Counted from the first letter of the stretch, positions 41,901 to 51,283 are shown. The stretch: 64,000 nucleotides of DNA from Limnothrix sp. BL-A-16 (GCA_041937175.2 CP166615.1:512001-576000); one strand, 5' to 3'. Made by a program: numbers and translations. Notes: generated from the letters alone by a model not told the origin.

Positions 41901-44060
41901 TTGTCCTCCTCTAGCTTTGCGGTGTTGTTGGGAGCCGATGAAATCAGCGCCCAAATTGATGCCAGCACCGCCGTTTCTGAGGCCCTGATTGGTTCCAATC
42001 AGCCCTTTGAGGCCCTGCTCTCGGGTCTGCAGGCCTGGCAGCAACGGAGCCAACGTCAATGGCTGCTGTGGGCCAAACCCAACGCCCGCTTAGCCACGGA
42101 ACTGAAGGTGGGAGCCAGTTTGCAGCAGGCCCTCAAGCATGTGCGGGAGGTGAACCGAATTGAAGGGCGCTTGGGCCATGTGGAAACGGTTTGGGACGTG
42201 AGTTTCAGTCCCGATGGGCAATTTTTGGCCACGGCCAGCAGCGATCGCACCGTGCGGTTGTGGCAGCGCAGCGGAGAACCCCTGGCGGACAACCAAGGGC
42301 GACCGATCGTGCTGAACCATGAAGGGGCAGTGACCAACGTGGTGTTCAGTCCCGATGGGGAATTGTTGGCCACCAGCACCGGCAAACGGGGAACTGCCGG
42401 CAAATTGCGGCTCTGGAACAAGGCAGGCAAGTTGGTGCGGGAATTGGGTGAACATCCGGCCCGCATCAACAGCACCGCCTTCAGTCCCGATGGGCAACTG
42501 ATCGCCACCGCCAGCGACGATCGCACCGTGCGTCTGTGGAACCTTCAGGGCCAAGTGGTGCGCCAACTGACCACCCACGGTGGCCCCGTGCAATGGGCCA
42601 GCTTCAGCCCCGATGGGCAACTGATCGCCACCGCCAGTGACGATCGAACGATCAAGCTCTGGAGCCTGGACGGCCAAGAACTGGCCACCCTCCGCGGCCA
42701 TGGCAACAGCGTCATGAATGTGACCTTCAGCCCCGATGGTCAATTCCTTGCCTCCGCCAGCTTGGACAAGACCATCCGCATTTGGACTCGATCGGGCAAA
42801 CCCGTGCGCATGTTATCGGGACACCGGGATGGTGTCTTAAGCGTGGCCTTCAGTCCCGATGGGCGCTATCTGGCTTCCACCAGTGAAGATAAAACCATTA
42901 AATATTGGACGTTCTGGGGCAACTTAGAGCAAAACTTCGCCGGCCACACCGATCGGGTCACCAGCGTAGCCTTCAGTCCCGATGGATCCACCCTGGTTAC
43001 CAGCAGCTACGATCGCACCGTTCGGTTTTGGCGCTTGCAACCGGAATCGATCACCCAAATTACGGCCCACACCGATCGAATCTATGGCGTAGACATCAGC
43101 CGCGATGGGCAAACCATTCTGTCCGCCAGCCGTGATCAGCAGGTGAAGCTTTGGGATCGCAACACCTACCGCCCCACTCATTTCCAGGATCCCGGCGGTG
43201 GCGTGCGGGTGGCGGCCTTCAGCCCCGACAGCCGTTGGATTTTGGTGGGCAGCAACGATGGGCGGGCGCGGCTTTGGTCGCGATCGGGCCAACTGCAACG
43301 GGTCTTTGCCGATGAACTGGTGCTGCAAAACAACCCGATCGAATCGAACAACATTTCCAGCGTGGCCTTCAGTCCCGATGGCAAACTGATCGCCGCCACC
43401 TATCGCAGTGGTCGCGGTTACCTGTGGCAACCGGACGGCAAACAGGTGGCCGCCTTCAAGCTCACCTCCAGCGACGATCGGGCCAAACGACTCAACAGCA
43501 TCACCTTCAGTCCCGATGGCCGCATCCTGGCCACGGGTGGAGATGATGCCCTGATTCGGCTTTGGACTTTGCAAGGGGAACCCATCCGCACCCTCGCGGG
43601 CCACAGCAGTTTTGTGAATGATGTCACCTTCAGTCCCGATGGGCGTTACATCGCCTCCGCCGGGGACGATAGCACCGTTCGCCTGTGGAGTGCCAACGGT
43701 TCCCTACTGCAAGTGTTGGGCCATGGGGATGCGGTCAACAGCGTGCGGTTTAGCCCCAATGGTCAGTTTTTGGCCGCCGCCAGTTGGGATGGTTCCGTCA
43801 CCCTTTGGAGTCTGGATGGCAAGATGATCAAGGTTTTTCGGGAGCACAAATCCGGCGTGGGCGGCGTGCGGTTCAGCCCCGATGGCAAGCTGCTGGTCTC
43901 GGGGGGGTTTGATCAGCAGTTGGTGATTCGCGATTTGGACTTGGAAAACTTGCTCGATCGCAGTTGTCGTTGGCTCCAGGATTACCTGAGACCCAAGGGC
44001 GAAGCGGCGGGCAACTTGACGCAACTGGCGCGGGCCTGCCGCAATCGCTTTCGCCCCTAG
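38946..44060 (+). CDS. Large TPR-like + STAND (nSTAND1-type) NTPase + TM + WD40-repeat protein
   Basis: Walker A GHSGAGKSS, Walker B IILIFDQFEELF, YQLVHDYL, a TM helix and about 14 'FSPDG..AS.S.D.T..LW' repeats. Confidence 0.92.
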   Translation: MERLSEVKPFTTGLQPQGVQLVMDQETAQANERALRTLERAIVLSEGQFSLVLVRCSYERLRRSVLDWVADRSGEGQPFDRVTCLVVPPTIKTLYPLVAAISDPCPPRAVMVLGLEMAESLDTVFALANQMRDRFKQLPFPIVLWLTDESLDKLKRVAPDLKSWAATPVRLEMDTQGVIDFLRERASQAFDRAFAASAGYSIYQLPPALAEARHRQELAAARADLAKRGVQLDVDLLASVEFLEGWTAMGRGDYELALKMFGNALDSWQTLAQALPPEAGSSLVAATAETERAIAPPRLPISPIEAQVRSGLLRFYVGFCHARLALGNSNPVELPESQSARVQRWRLARESLQACADCFAALDRPDLTAKFIGALGEVLQELHDWLGLEQLAQVATALHGAPDHPGNRAELARDCCFLAEVALVQTRWEQACEWAERALNHLSHASTHDPTALGPDLLRAVRLRQSQAWFLLGEANWHLGRSGLAISHLERARATVWNFEQPQLTVRLLSRLREVYFQQTRYLDAFRTKQELRRVEHQCSWLAFIGAGQLQPQPAALVDDGMVLPVAAPEIAASGRQKDVENLIARLARADLKLTVVHGHSGAGKSSLLKAGLVPELHRRALGDRDVLPVTIEVYTDWIAATENALDRAAAQKGLDSDRTLTTWDDLAIEANIALPSLDLSVNSQALRLRALLDRLQQLSQQNFAIILIFDQFEELFFHWPTVVDRQPFFEFLRDCLNVPYVKLIISMREDYLHFLLEWERATDLSIIDDNVLARQVRYYVGDFSPADARATIQSLTERSRLGLEPDLIDALVGELARETGEVNPIELQVVGAQLQADRIVTLAEYQREYGSKEVLVERYLENTIRDCGPEGENIARQVLFLLTAENGTRPLKTRTELAVELGASDGQLELVLNILSGAGLVVMFRESTADFYQLVHDYLVTFIRQQRQADERARYRLTQSQLNAILKKRIQELYAAGAVLGILFLSSSSFAVLLGADEISAQIDASTAVSEALIGSNQPFEALLSGLQAWQQRSQRQWLLWAKPNARLATELKVGASLQQALKHVREVNRIEGRLGHVETVWDVSFSPDGQFLATASSDRTVRLWQRSGEPLADNQGRPIVLNHEGAVTNVVFSPDGELLATSTGKRGTAGKLRLWNKAGKLVRELGEHPARINSTAFSPDGQLIATASDDRTVRLWNLQGQVVRQLTTHGGPVQWASFSPDGQLIATASDDRTIKLWSLDGQELATLRGHGNSVMNVTFSPDGQFLASASLDKTIRIWTRSGKPVRMLSGHRDGVLSVAFSPDGRYLASTSEDKTIKYWTFWGNLEQNFAGHTDRVTSVAFSPDGSTLVTSSYDRTVRFWRLQPESITQITAHTDRIYGVDISRDGQTILSASRDQQVKLWDRNTYRPTHFQDPGGGVRVAAFSPDSRWILVGSNDGRARLWSRSGQLQRVFADELVLQNNPIESNNISSVAFSPDGKLIAATYRSGRGYLWQPDGKQVAAFKLTSSDDRAKRLNSITFSPDGRILATGGDDALIRLWTLQGEPIRTLAGHSSFVNDVTFSPDGRYIASAGDDSTVRLWSANGSLLQVLGHGDAVNSVRFSPNGQFLAAASWDGSVTLWSLDGKMIKVFREHKSGVGGVRFSPDGKLLVSGGFDQQLVIRDLDLENLLDRSCRWLQDYLRPKGEAAGNLTQLARACRNRFRP

Positions 44061-44172
44061 TCGATCGATCCCATCAAACTAATCGATCTAATCGATCCAC
44101 TGGCAAATCCAGCCCTTTTTATTGAATCGACGGCTGATCAAACGCCAAATCCCGCGTATGCCCGCGCCTTCC

Positions 44173-45054
44173 CTAGGACAGCATTGTGGCGGCGGCGGCT
44201 CGCATCTTGGAAAGGGCAGTCCGTTCAATTTGGCGAATCCGTTCGCGGGTGAGGTTCAAATCTGCCCCGATCGCCGCGAGTCGGGCATCCCCTTGAATTA
44301 AGCCAAACCGCCGCATCACCACCAGTCGCTCCCGTTGATCCAACAGGCCCAACAGGGTCACCAAAGCGGCGCGATCGTCCACCGCATCCAACACCTGATC
44401 CAGATTCACACTGGCATCAGGAATCAGGTCGATCGCATGGTCAGAATCGCAGTGATTCGTCAGCGGCGCATCCAAACTCTTGGGCGGCCGACCGTAGGCC
44501 AGCAACGTCTGCAATTCCGTAACCGTCAGCTCCATCGCCGCCGCCACCTGTGCCGTGGTGGGCGGGTGGCCCAACTGCCCCGACAGTTGAGCTGTCACCT
44601 TCCGCACCTTCCGCAGGCGATCGTTCACCTGAATCGGTAGCCGAATCGTCCGGCTTTGGTTGGCTAGGGCCCGCGCCACCGCTTGCCGAATCCACCAAGT
44701 GGCATAGGTACTGAACTTGTAGCCCAAGCGTTCATCAAATTTTTCAGCGGCGCGATCCAGCCCCAAGCTACCCTCCTGAATCAGATCCAGCAAATCCAGG
44801 CCCCGACCGGTGTAGTGCTTAGCAATGGACACCACCAGCCGCAAATTAGCCGCCACCAGCCGCGCTTTGGCCTGGCGACCTCGCCGGGCGATCGCCTTGG
44901 CCCGCGCAGACTGGGGCTGATCTCGATCGCGCAGGGATTGCCAGGCCCGAATGGCCGCACCCAATTCTCGCTCCTGTTCTGTGGTGAGGAGGGGAATTCG
45001 CCCAATTTCCTGCAAATAGACGCGCACCGTGTCAAAGTCAAGGGTTTTACGCAT
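44173..45054 (-). CDS. RNA polymerase sigma-70 factor, group-2-like (divergent)
   Basis: Region 1.2 YLQEIGRIPLLT, region 2 ANLRLVVSIAK / DLIQEG / GYKFSTYATWWIRQA, region 4 TRERIRQIE. No region 1.1. Confidence 0.92.
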   Translation of the reverse strand: MRKTLDFDTVRVYLQEIGRIPLLTTEQERELGAAIRAWQSLRDRDQPQSARAKAIARRGRQAKARLVAANLRLVVSIAKHYTGRGLDLLDLIQEGSLGLDRAAEKFDERLGYKFSTYATWWIRQAVARALANQSRTIRLPIQVNDRLRKVRKVTAQLSGQLGHPPTTAQVAAAMELTVTELQTLLAYGRPPKSLDAPLTNHCDSDHAIDLIPDASVNLDQVLDAVDDRAALVTLLGLLDQRERLVVMRRFGLIQGDARLAAIGADLNLTRERIRQIERTALSKMRAAAATMLS

Positions 45055-45426
45055 GATCGTGAGTGCTTCTTGCTTGCGACTTGCCGAAAAAGACTGCTAG
45101 CAATCCTCAGTCATCCCCAAAGGCAGCTCCAGAGATTGCCCCACAGACAGCCCCGCGAGAACGGTCACTGAGGGACGAGTTTGTAACGACAGCTTGGTTA
45201 ATAGCGTTCGCTCTGGAGGCGACTTTGATTGGCGACCTCGATTGGCGACTTTGATTAATGTACAATATTCGTACAGATATCACAAGGCTAAAATCTGCGC
45301 AAAAAATCCTCAACGAAAAACCCTCAGCCCAGAACTCTCAGCCCAGAATCCTCAACGAAGCCGATCGCCCTTGGGGAGAGGGTAATCCTGACTTTGATCG
45401 TGGATTCGAGTATGGACGTGCCCTCA

Positions 45427-45557
45427 GAGGATGTCTGAAAAGTGTCTTTTGGCACGGGCAATACACCAATAGTCGTGGGGGCAAGGGGCTTGAGCATCTT
45501 GTCTTCGTCGATCGATGAGGCGTGCAGAGTATCGATTTTGGCTTTTCAGACATCCTC
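45427..45557. mobile_element. MITE-like element, type C (IS5/IS1031-like ends)
   Basis: Perfect TIR GAGGATGTCTGAAAAG / CTTTTCAGACATCCTC, flanked by TCA on both sides. Core CAAGGGGCTTGAGCATCTTG at 45482-45501. Confidence 0.88.
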
Positions 45558-45619
45558 TCAGCGAGAAGGTGGTGAGCCTCGATCGCCCTACTCGCTGCTT
45601 GAGCTAGCTAGTCACCAAA

Positions 45620-45654
45620 TAAAAAGCGGGAGCCATCATTTACTGGCTCCCGCT
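45620..45654 (-). terminator. Intrinsic terminator of psb30
   Basis: Stem AGCGGGAGCCA / TGGCTCCCGCT with an A-run on the left (U-tract on the minus strand). Confidence 0.7.
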
Positions 45655-45725
45655 CCGTCATCTCTACCAATATTTTTTTTTGCAACAAAAAACTGAGGGG
45701 ATAGACCATCCCCGCTAGCAAGCTT

Positions 45726-45857
45726 TTACAGGTTGCCGCCCCGGAAGGCCAAAATAAACACAATCACCGGGCCGGCAATCACTAGAAGTGCCAACGTGGT
45801 CAGTTGCCCCACCACCAACCAGTTAATGCCGCCGATCGCATCCGTCAGTGCTTCCAT
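45726..45857 (-). CDS. psb30: Photosystem II small subunit Psb30 (Ycf12)
   Basis: Manual translation MEALTDAIGGINWLVVGQLTTLALLVIAGPVIVFILAFRGGNL*. Below the ORF-track length cutoff. Confidence 0.95.
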   Translation of the reverse strand: MEALTDAIGGINWLVVGQLTTLALLVIAGPVIVFILAFRGGNL

Positions 45858-46082
45858 AGTCTTCCCAGTCCCTTTAGGTCTTGAAATCGGTTTTGAGTTG
45901 TTTTTGAGTCATTAATGATCTGAGATGCTGAGATGCTCTGAATCATGAATGACTCGTTGATTCTCTGATCAGGGTCTGATCATGGGCCGAGTGGCTGGGC
46001 CAAGCTGGTTTTTGAACCAGATGTTGCCACCCATGATTGCAAAAAATCGATTCAATTATCCTACGGTTGGCGACTCGGTAGA

Positions 46083-46100
46083 TTTAAGAAAGTTTACAAA
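46083..46100. promoter_or_regulatory. Possible HLR1 (RpaB-binding) direct repeat between divergent psb30 and psbZ
   Basis: TTTAAGAA-AG-TTTACAAA, compared with the consensus (G/T)TTACA(T/A)(T/A)-N2-(G/T)TTACA(T/A)(T/A). Confidence 0.45.
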
Positions 46101-46285
46101 AATCCATCTCAGCTCCCATCTCGCTTCCAGGGTTACCCGTGGGCTGACCGTTGGGCGGCGAAGTTGACCCGATCGCCCAATCCCCATCGAGTCTGAACGC
46201 ATCCGTTTGATAGAATATCTCCGTTCGGGCGCTCGCTCGGTGGCATGGCCTGAGCGCGCTGTGTTGGAAAATACGGAAAAATCCT

Positions 46286-46474
46286 ATGACGATCGCCTTT
46301 CAACTCGTTCTTTTTGCGCTGGTTGCGTTGTCGTTGGTCTTGGTTGTGGGTGTGCCAGTGGCCTATGCGCTGCCCCAAAGCTGGGATCGTTCCAAGCCTC
46401 TGCTGTACCTGGGTTCTGGTGTTTGGTTCCTGTTGGTGATTGCGGTGGCCGTTCTGAATTTCTTCGTGGCTTAG
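46286..46474 (+). CDS. psbZ: Photosystem II protein PsbZ
   Basis: [33 protein letters not shown]...LNFFV. Confidence 0.97.
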   Translation: MTIAFQLVLFALVALSLVLVVGVPVAYALPQSWDRSKPLLYLGSGVWFLLVIAVAVLNFFVA

Positions 46475-46661
46475 GGTTCGATCGCAGCCGCTACCACAAG
46501 TCAAACCAATACCAAATCGCAAGCCAAAGCAGTGGCCCTGAGCTGCTGTGCAAGGTTAAAAGCAAGGTTGATGGGGGCGATCGCTTGCCCCTAATTTGTT
46601 TTGGCCAAATTTCTTGGCAGATTGAGTTTCTTGGCCAATTGAGTCCAGTTTTGAGTGCAAC

Positions 46662-47207
46662 ATGGCTGTTTTTGAAGGAAGTTTCGATCGCGCTGGATCA
46701 CAACGATTTGCCATCGTTATTGGCCGCTTTAACGACCTGATCACCAGCAAATTACTGGCCGGTTGCCAAGATTGCCTCAAGCGCCACGGGGTGGATATTG
46801 ACCCCCAAGGCCGTCAGGTGGACTATGTTTGGGTTCCCGGTAGCTTTGAAATCCCCACCGTTGCCCGCCAATTGGCCCTGAGTCAGCGCTACGATGCCGT
46901 GATTTGCCTGGGTGCAGTGATTCGCGGTCAAACGCCCCATTTCGATTACGTTTGCGCGGAAGTTTCCAAGGGAATTGCCGCCGCCAGCTTCCAAACCGGT
47001 GTGCCAGTTGTGTTCGGCATTGTCACCACGGACACGATGCAACAGGCTCTGGAACGGGCGGGGATCAAGAGCAATTTGGGTTGGAACTATGCCATGAGCG
47101 CCCTCGAAATGGCGAGTTTGATGGCACAGGTGCGGGCGGTGGCTCCGGCGGTTGATGCGCCCCCGATCGCCCTAGGATCTCTGCCTCCCACTCTCACGGA
47201 AGCCTAA
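46662..47207 (+). CDS. ribH: 6,7-dimethyl-8-ribityllumazine synthase
   Basis: [29 protein letters not shown] and QQALERAG. Confidence 0.98.
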   Translation: MAVFEGSFDRAGSQRFAIVIGRFNDLITSKLLAGCQDCLKRHGVDIDPQGRQVDYVWVPGSFEIPTVARQLALSQRYDAVICLGAVIRGQTPHFDYVCAEVSKGIAAASFQTGVPVVFGIVTTDTMQQALERAGIKSNLGWNYAMSALEMASLMAQVRAVAPAVDAPPIALGSLPPTLTEA

Positions 47208-47338
47208 GAGGATGTCTGAAAAGTGTCTTTTGGCACGGGCAATGCACCAATAGTCGTGGGGGCAAGGGGCTTAAGCCCCTTGTCTTCGTCGATCGATAGG
47301 ACTTGCAAAGTGGCAACCTGGACTTTTCAGACATTTCC
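47208..47338. mobile_element. MITE-like element, type C (second copy), inserted at the ribH stop codon
   Basis: TAA|GAGGATGTCTGAAAAG ... CTTTTCAGACATTTCC|TAA. The left half is nearly identical to the 45427 copy and the core palindrome is perfect. Confidence 0.88.
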
Positions 47339-47441
47339 TAAGCACTGATCGCCAGACCTGTTTTGCGAGGAATCTCTCGTCCGATGGCGGCACTGAACAA
47401 GCCATGATCAACCAATCATGATTAACGAGCATTAACGGGTA

Positions 47442-47837
47442 TTAACGAGTAACAATTTGTTCGATCGCCTGCTTCAGTTCTTCGGCACTGAGATCCGTGA
47501 TCACAAAGACTTCTTGAATCGTTTTGCCCTTGCGTGCAATTAACTTATGGCCGCCTCGGATCGGTACGGAAACTTTTAATTGTAATTGGGGGCTGTTGCT
47601 GCGGCCATGGGAGAGCACGGCCGGTGTGATGGTGCTGATGCCCGTCACTTGGGTTAGCTTTTCCAAAATCGGAATCAGCCCATCCAAATGAGTGGAATGA
47701 TTCCAAACCAGTCGCCCTGAAGTGGGGGTGGTTTTGGCTTTTTTGGAGTTTTTTGGGGACTGGTCTGGCTCGGGCGATCGGGTGTTGGCTTGGGGAGCGG
47801 GAATGGCGGCGGTGGGTTGTTTTTTGGATTTTGCCAT
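47442..47837 (-). CDS. DUF2103 family protein
   Basis: GRLVWNHSTHLDGLIPILEKL...TITP.V...LKVSVPIRGG.KLIARKG.T.QEVFVIT. Confidence 0.85.
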   Translation of the reverse strand: MAKSKKQPTAAIPAPQANTRSPEPDQSPKNSKKAKTTPTSGRLVWNHSTHLDGLIPILEKLTQVTGISTITPAVLSHGRSNSPQLQLKVSVPIRGGHKLIARKGKTIQEVFVITDLSAEELKQAIEQIVTR

Positions 47838-47854
47838 GACGTTGGGCGCTGAAT

Positions 47855-48187
47855 TTAGGCGCTTTCTAGGGGAGCCATGGTTAGTCCTTCGCGGCTCAGT
47901 TGTTGGTGATAGAGTTCTGCTTGTTCTTGGGGGCCAACCCAAACGATGGCCTGCCCTTCGTTATGAATTTGATAGGTTAATTTCCAGGCCCGATCGGTTG
48001 TCATATTTGGAATATATTTCGACAAGCAATTCGCGACGTGATTGAAGGTGTTCACGTCGTCATTCAAGACAATTACTTTATAGTTTGGATAGGTTTTGCG
48101 GACGGTTTGATCGGCGCGTTCAGGAGTCTTGACCGGGGCTGTGGTGGCAGCCCGATGCAACGGTTGAGGAGCGAGCACAGCAGTCAT
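47855..48187 (-). CDS. clpS: ATP-dependent Clp protease adaptor ClpS
   Basis: YPNYKVIVLNDDVNTF.HV..CL.KYIP...HNEGQAIVW.GPQEQAELYH. Confidence 0.95.
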   Translation of the reverse strand: MTAVLAPQPLHRAATTAPVKTPERADQTVRKTYPNYKVIVLNDDVNTFNHVANCLSKYIPNMTTDRAWKLTYQIHNEGQAIVWVGPQEQAELYHQQLSREGLTMAPLESA

Positions 48188-48309
48188 AGGGGCGATCGAG
48201 CGGTAGTTTTGCGGGGACAGAAAGCAGCGATCGGTTGAGCCAAATACGCAATGATCAGACTGATGCAAATTGTAACAAAATGATTTGGATTCGCGGCTCG
48301 ATCGCACCA

Positions 48310-49554
48310 CTAGCGATCACCCGCCCGATTCAATGCCAGATTCAACAATTGCTCGGCAATGCGGCGAGCGGCTCCGGGCGGGCCCAACCGTTGCCGGCCA
48401 TTGTCGATTTTGGCCTGCCATGGGGTTGGATCTCGAAGTAATTGTTCGATCGCCCCCGGGAGTTCCGTTGGCTCCTGAATCCAAGTGACGGAGGGGCCCA
48501 ACAGGCGGGTTTGGGCTTCCGCAAAGGCGGGGGTGAATTGGGGCCCGTTGCCCGACAGGGTAATGGCCGGTTTGCCCAAGCCCACCACCTGTTCCGTGGC
48601 TGTGCCGGCCGTGGCGATCGCGAAGTGGGCCGCCTTGGCCCAATCCCAAAATCGATCGCTAGCCAGCTCCAACTGGGCCAACCCGCAATGCCATTGTTCC
48701 CCGGTGCTCGATCGCCAGCCGGCCTGCTGAAGGGCCTGCTGAAGAGGCGCACGATCGATTCCAGGGGCGATCGCCGCCTGCAACATCACCACCCGTTCGG
48801 CCAAATCGGGCCAGGCTTGCAACGCCGTCAGCATTCGTTGCCAATTGTTCAGCGCCTCTGGAAAACGCGACCCCGGCAACAGCAGCACGCGCAAGGGTGA
48901 TCCCGGCTCTGGCCAAGTGCAATCGGGCAAATCTCCCGTGAAGCCGTCCATCATTGGATTGCCGCAGTCAAAGGTGCGATCGGGCAGCCAACGCCGCAAA
49001 ATCTGAGCCGTCAGGGTGTCGCGCGGGAACAAACCCCGACAGCGCGATCGCCCCATCAGCCACCGCTCCCAAGGTAGATAAACCGAACCCGACCAGCCCT
49101 CCCAACGCCGGGCCCCCAAAAACTGCCCTTGACTATCCCGCAGGTAATATTCCGATTTGGCCGTGCCCACAAAGCTATAGGGCGCACCGCTGGCCCAAGC
49201 AAACAACAGGGGCACAATGTCACCCACCGCCAACACCAACAGCGGTTCCGCACTGGTTGCCCGGTGTGTTTGCACCCATTGCCGAACCGATCGCCACTGT
49301 TGCCAAGTCAGGCCCACCAGCCCCCCGCGCATGTCCCGCAGCAGTTGGCCCGCATCCATATAGACAAAGCCACCCGATGGCAGGGTTTTCACTTCGCCAA
49401 TAATCGGAATTCCGGCGCGGCGGTAGGCGTTTCCTTCCCCCACCAATGGCAAAGCAAATCGATCGGGCTGGGCGGGTAACTGTGCAAAGGCTTGCAGAAT
49501 TTGCACCGCGATCGCGTCTTCACCATGGCCATTGCTGATGCACAGAAGCTTCAT
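48310..49554 (-). CDS. Lipid-A-disaccharide synthase-related protein (cyanobacterial GT-B-like family)
   Basis: LCISNGHGED, LPLVGEG, LPSGGF, GTAKS, GNPMMD, LLPGSR and AGTATEQ.VGLGKP. Confidence 0.88.
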   Translation of the reverse strand: MKLLCISNGHGEDAIAVQILQAFAQLPAQPDRFALPLVGEGNAYRRAGIPIIGEVKTLPSGGFVYMDAGQLLRDMRGGLVGLTWQQWRSVRQWVQTHRATSAEPLLVLAVGDIVPLLFAWASGAPYSFVGTAKSEYYLRDSQGQFLGARRWEGWSGSVYLPWERWLMGRSRCRGLFPRDTLTAQILRRWLPDRTFDCGNPMMDGFTGDLPDCTWPEPGSPLRVLLLPGSRFPEALNNWQRMLTALQAWPDLAERVVMLQAAIAPGIDRAPLQQALQQAGWRSSTGEQWHCGLAQLELASDRFWDWAKAAHFAIATAGTATEQVVGLGKPAITLSGNGPQFTPAFAEAQTRLLGPSVTWIQEPTELPGAIEQLLRDPTPWQAKIDNGRQRLGPPGAARRIAEQLLNLALNRAGDR

Positions 49555-49662
49555 GGCACAAACCGATCGATCAGCTCGGTCAGCCGTTTTGGCACAACAA
49601 GATCCATGGGGATTATTCAGCTCAAAAGACTAGTTAGCTCAAAAAACGAAGCTCAGAATCAA

Positions 49663-49733
49663 AGCGGGCGGCGGGAATCGAACCCGCAACGACAGTTTGG
49701 AAGACTGTAGTTTTACCACTAAACTACGCCCGC
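49663..49733 (-). tRNA. trnG: tRNA-Gly (anticodon TCC)
   Basis: Reverse complement GCGGGCGTAGTTTAGTGGTAAAACTACAGTCTTCCAAACTGTCGTTGCGGGTTCGATTCCCGCCGCCCGCT, with anticodon arm ACAGT-CT-TCC-AA-ACTGT. Confidence 0.97.
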
Positions 49734-49976
49734 GAAGGCTGGTGGTTGGGTTTTTGGCAACCCGGGCAATCATTCTATCAGAGCCAAGGCCGATCGCACC
49801 GCCTGCGGCCAATTTAATTTCGGTCTGGCTTTGGCCACCCGATCGGGGGTTGGGTTGCGGTGGATTTCTGACGACGGAGAAGCCAACAGGACGGCAAAAG
49901 CCCTTGCGAAGATGAGGGGTGCGATCGCCCCAAACCAGCGGCTAGATTGTGGCCAGGTGTTCTGCAATCTTGGTTT

Positions 49977-51281
49977 ATGAAGTCCTGGCCGCTGTTGACT
50001 GACTATCGCCGCGCCTTGGAGCGGTTGCCGATCGACCGGCCCTTGACCCCAGCAGAAGCGATCGAGCTGCTGGAACTGCGCGATCGGGTGGCGGTGGAAC
50101 TGGCCCAGACTCCCGATCGACTCACTCCGGAAGTGGGGCAACCATTGCAGCGGCTCGATCGGCAACTGCGGGGCTGGAGCGATCGGCTCCTGGCCGCCCT
50201 GGAATCCGTTCCCGCTCATCGCCAACCCGAGGTCGATCGCCTGGTTCGGGAGCGATCGCTAACCCCCAGTTCCCAGCGGTGGGAACGGTTCGACCCGATC
50301 GCCAACGTTCTGAGCAGCATCTTTTTGACCGGCTCGGCGGGCTTGATTGTGGATATTGCCGCCAAGTTTTTTGTGCCGGGGGTGGATTTATTCGGATCGT
50401 TGGCCGTGGCGGGCCAAAGCGCGATCGCCCTGGTCACGGGCCGCACCCTGGTGACGGAAACGGGCCAAGCCTGGCTGAAACGCTGGCTGATTGCCCGAGG
50501 CATTGGCGATCGCTACTGGCAAGAGGCGGGCTGCTTGGGTTCCTTGGCGCTGTTGGGGTTTCTCATCGCGGTGCGTCAGGTAGGATTTCCGCTGCTGGCG
50601 GAACAATACACCCGCTGGGGCGAAAAAGCCTACAAAGACAACCGCCTAGCCACGGCGGGGGAATGTTATGAGCGGGCGCTGCTGTTTCAGTCGGAGGCGA
50701 TCGAGCCGCGTTACCTGGCGGGGCGTTTGGCCGACGAGGTGAGCGAGCCAGATCAGGCACAAACTCACTATCGATTAGTCCTGAAAAATCCGCCGGAGAA
50801 AACCGCTAGCTCCCAAGATTGGCAATTTTATTTGCAAGCGGCGAGCAATCTTTCACGGCTGTATCTGTTGAAAAAAGACCCGGAACAGGCGGCGGTGATT
50901 GCCCAGTTGGCGCTGCGGGCAAGCGCACCCATGCCCAAGGATCCCGCCTTGGATGATGGGCTTTACGGTCTCTATAAAAATCTTGGTTGGGCCCGGTTGG
51001 CCCGGGGGCGCTACGTGGAGGCGGAATCCTGGCTAGAGAAGGCGATCGCCCTGGAACCAATCGTCAAACGGGCCGATCGCGCCGCTGCGGCCCATTGCTT
51101 GATGGCCAAAACCTTGGATGGGTTGCAGGACTATCGATCGGCCTTGCCCCACTGGGAACGGTGCGCCAACGACGCGGCCCAACTGGGCACTCCCGAGGGC
51201 GATGCTTGGCAAGGACAAGCGGGCGATCGGCTCGAAAATCCCAACGCCAAGCCGCCGAAGTCTGCCAATACTGCTTACTAA
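49977..51281 (+). CDS. Membrane protein with C-terminal TPR repeats
   Basis: Hydrophobic helices followed by TPR-like 'YERAL...', 'NLSRLYL', 'KNLGWARL...EKAIAL' and 'AAHCL.A'. Confidence 0.8.
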   Translation: MKSWPLLTDYRRALERLPIDRPLTPAEAIELLELRDRVAVELAQTPDRLTPEVGQPLQRLDRQLRGWSDRLLAALESVPAHRQPEVDRLVRERSLTPSSQRWERFDPIANVLSSIFLTGSAGLIVDIAAKFFVPGVDLFGSLAVAGQSAIALVTGRTLVTETGQAWLKRWLIARGIGDRYWQEAGCLGSLALLGFLIAVRQVGFPLLAEQYTRWGEKAYKDNRLATAGECYERALLFQSEAIEPRYLAGRLADEVSEPDQAQTHYRLVLKNPPEKTASSQDWQFYLQAASNLSRLYLLKKDPEQAAVIAQLALRASAPMPKDPALDDGLYGLYKNLGWARLARGRYVEAESWLEKAIALEPIVKRADRAAAAHCLMAKTLDGLQDYRSALPHWERCANDAAQLGTPEGDAWQGQAGDRLENPNAKPPKSANTAY

Positions 51282-51283
51282 CC

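Noticed and set aside
45259..45275. NtcA or LexA site
   Set aside because: The spacing is GTA-N9-TAC rather than NtcA's N8, and the GTAC half-sites are further apart than in the cyanobacterial LexA box.
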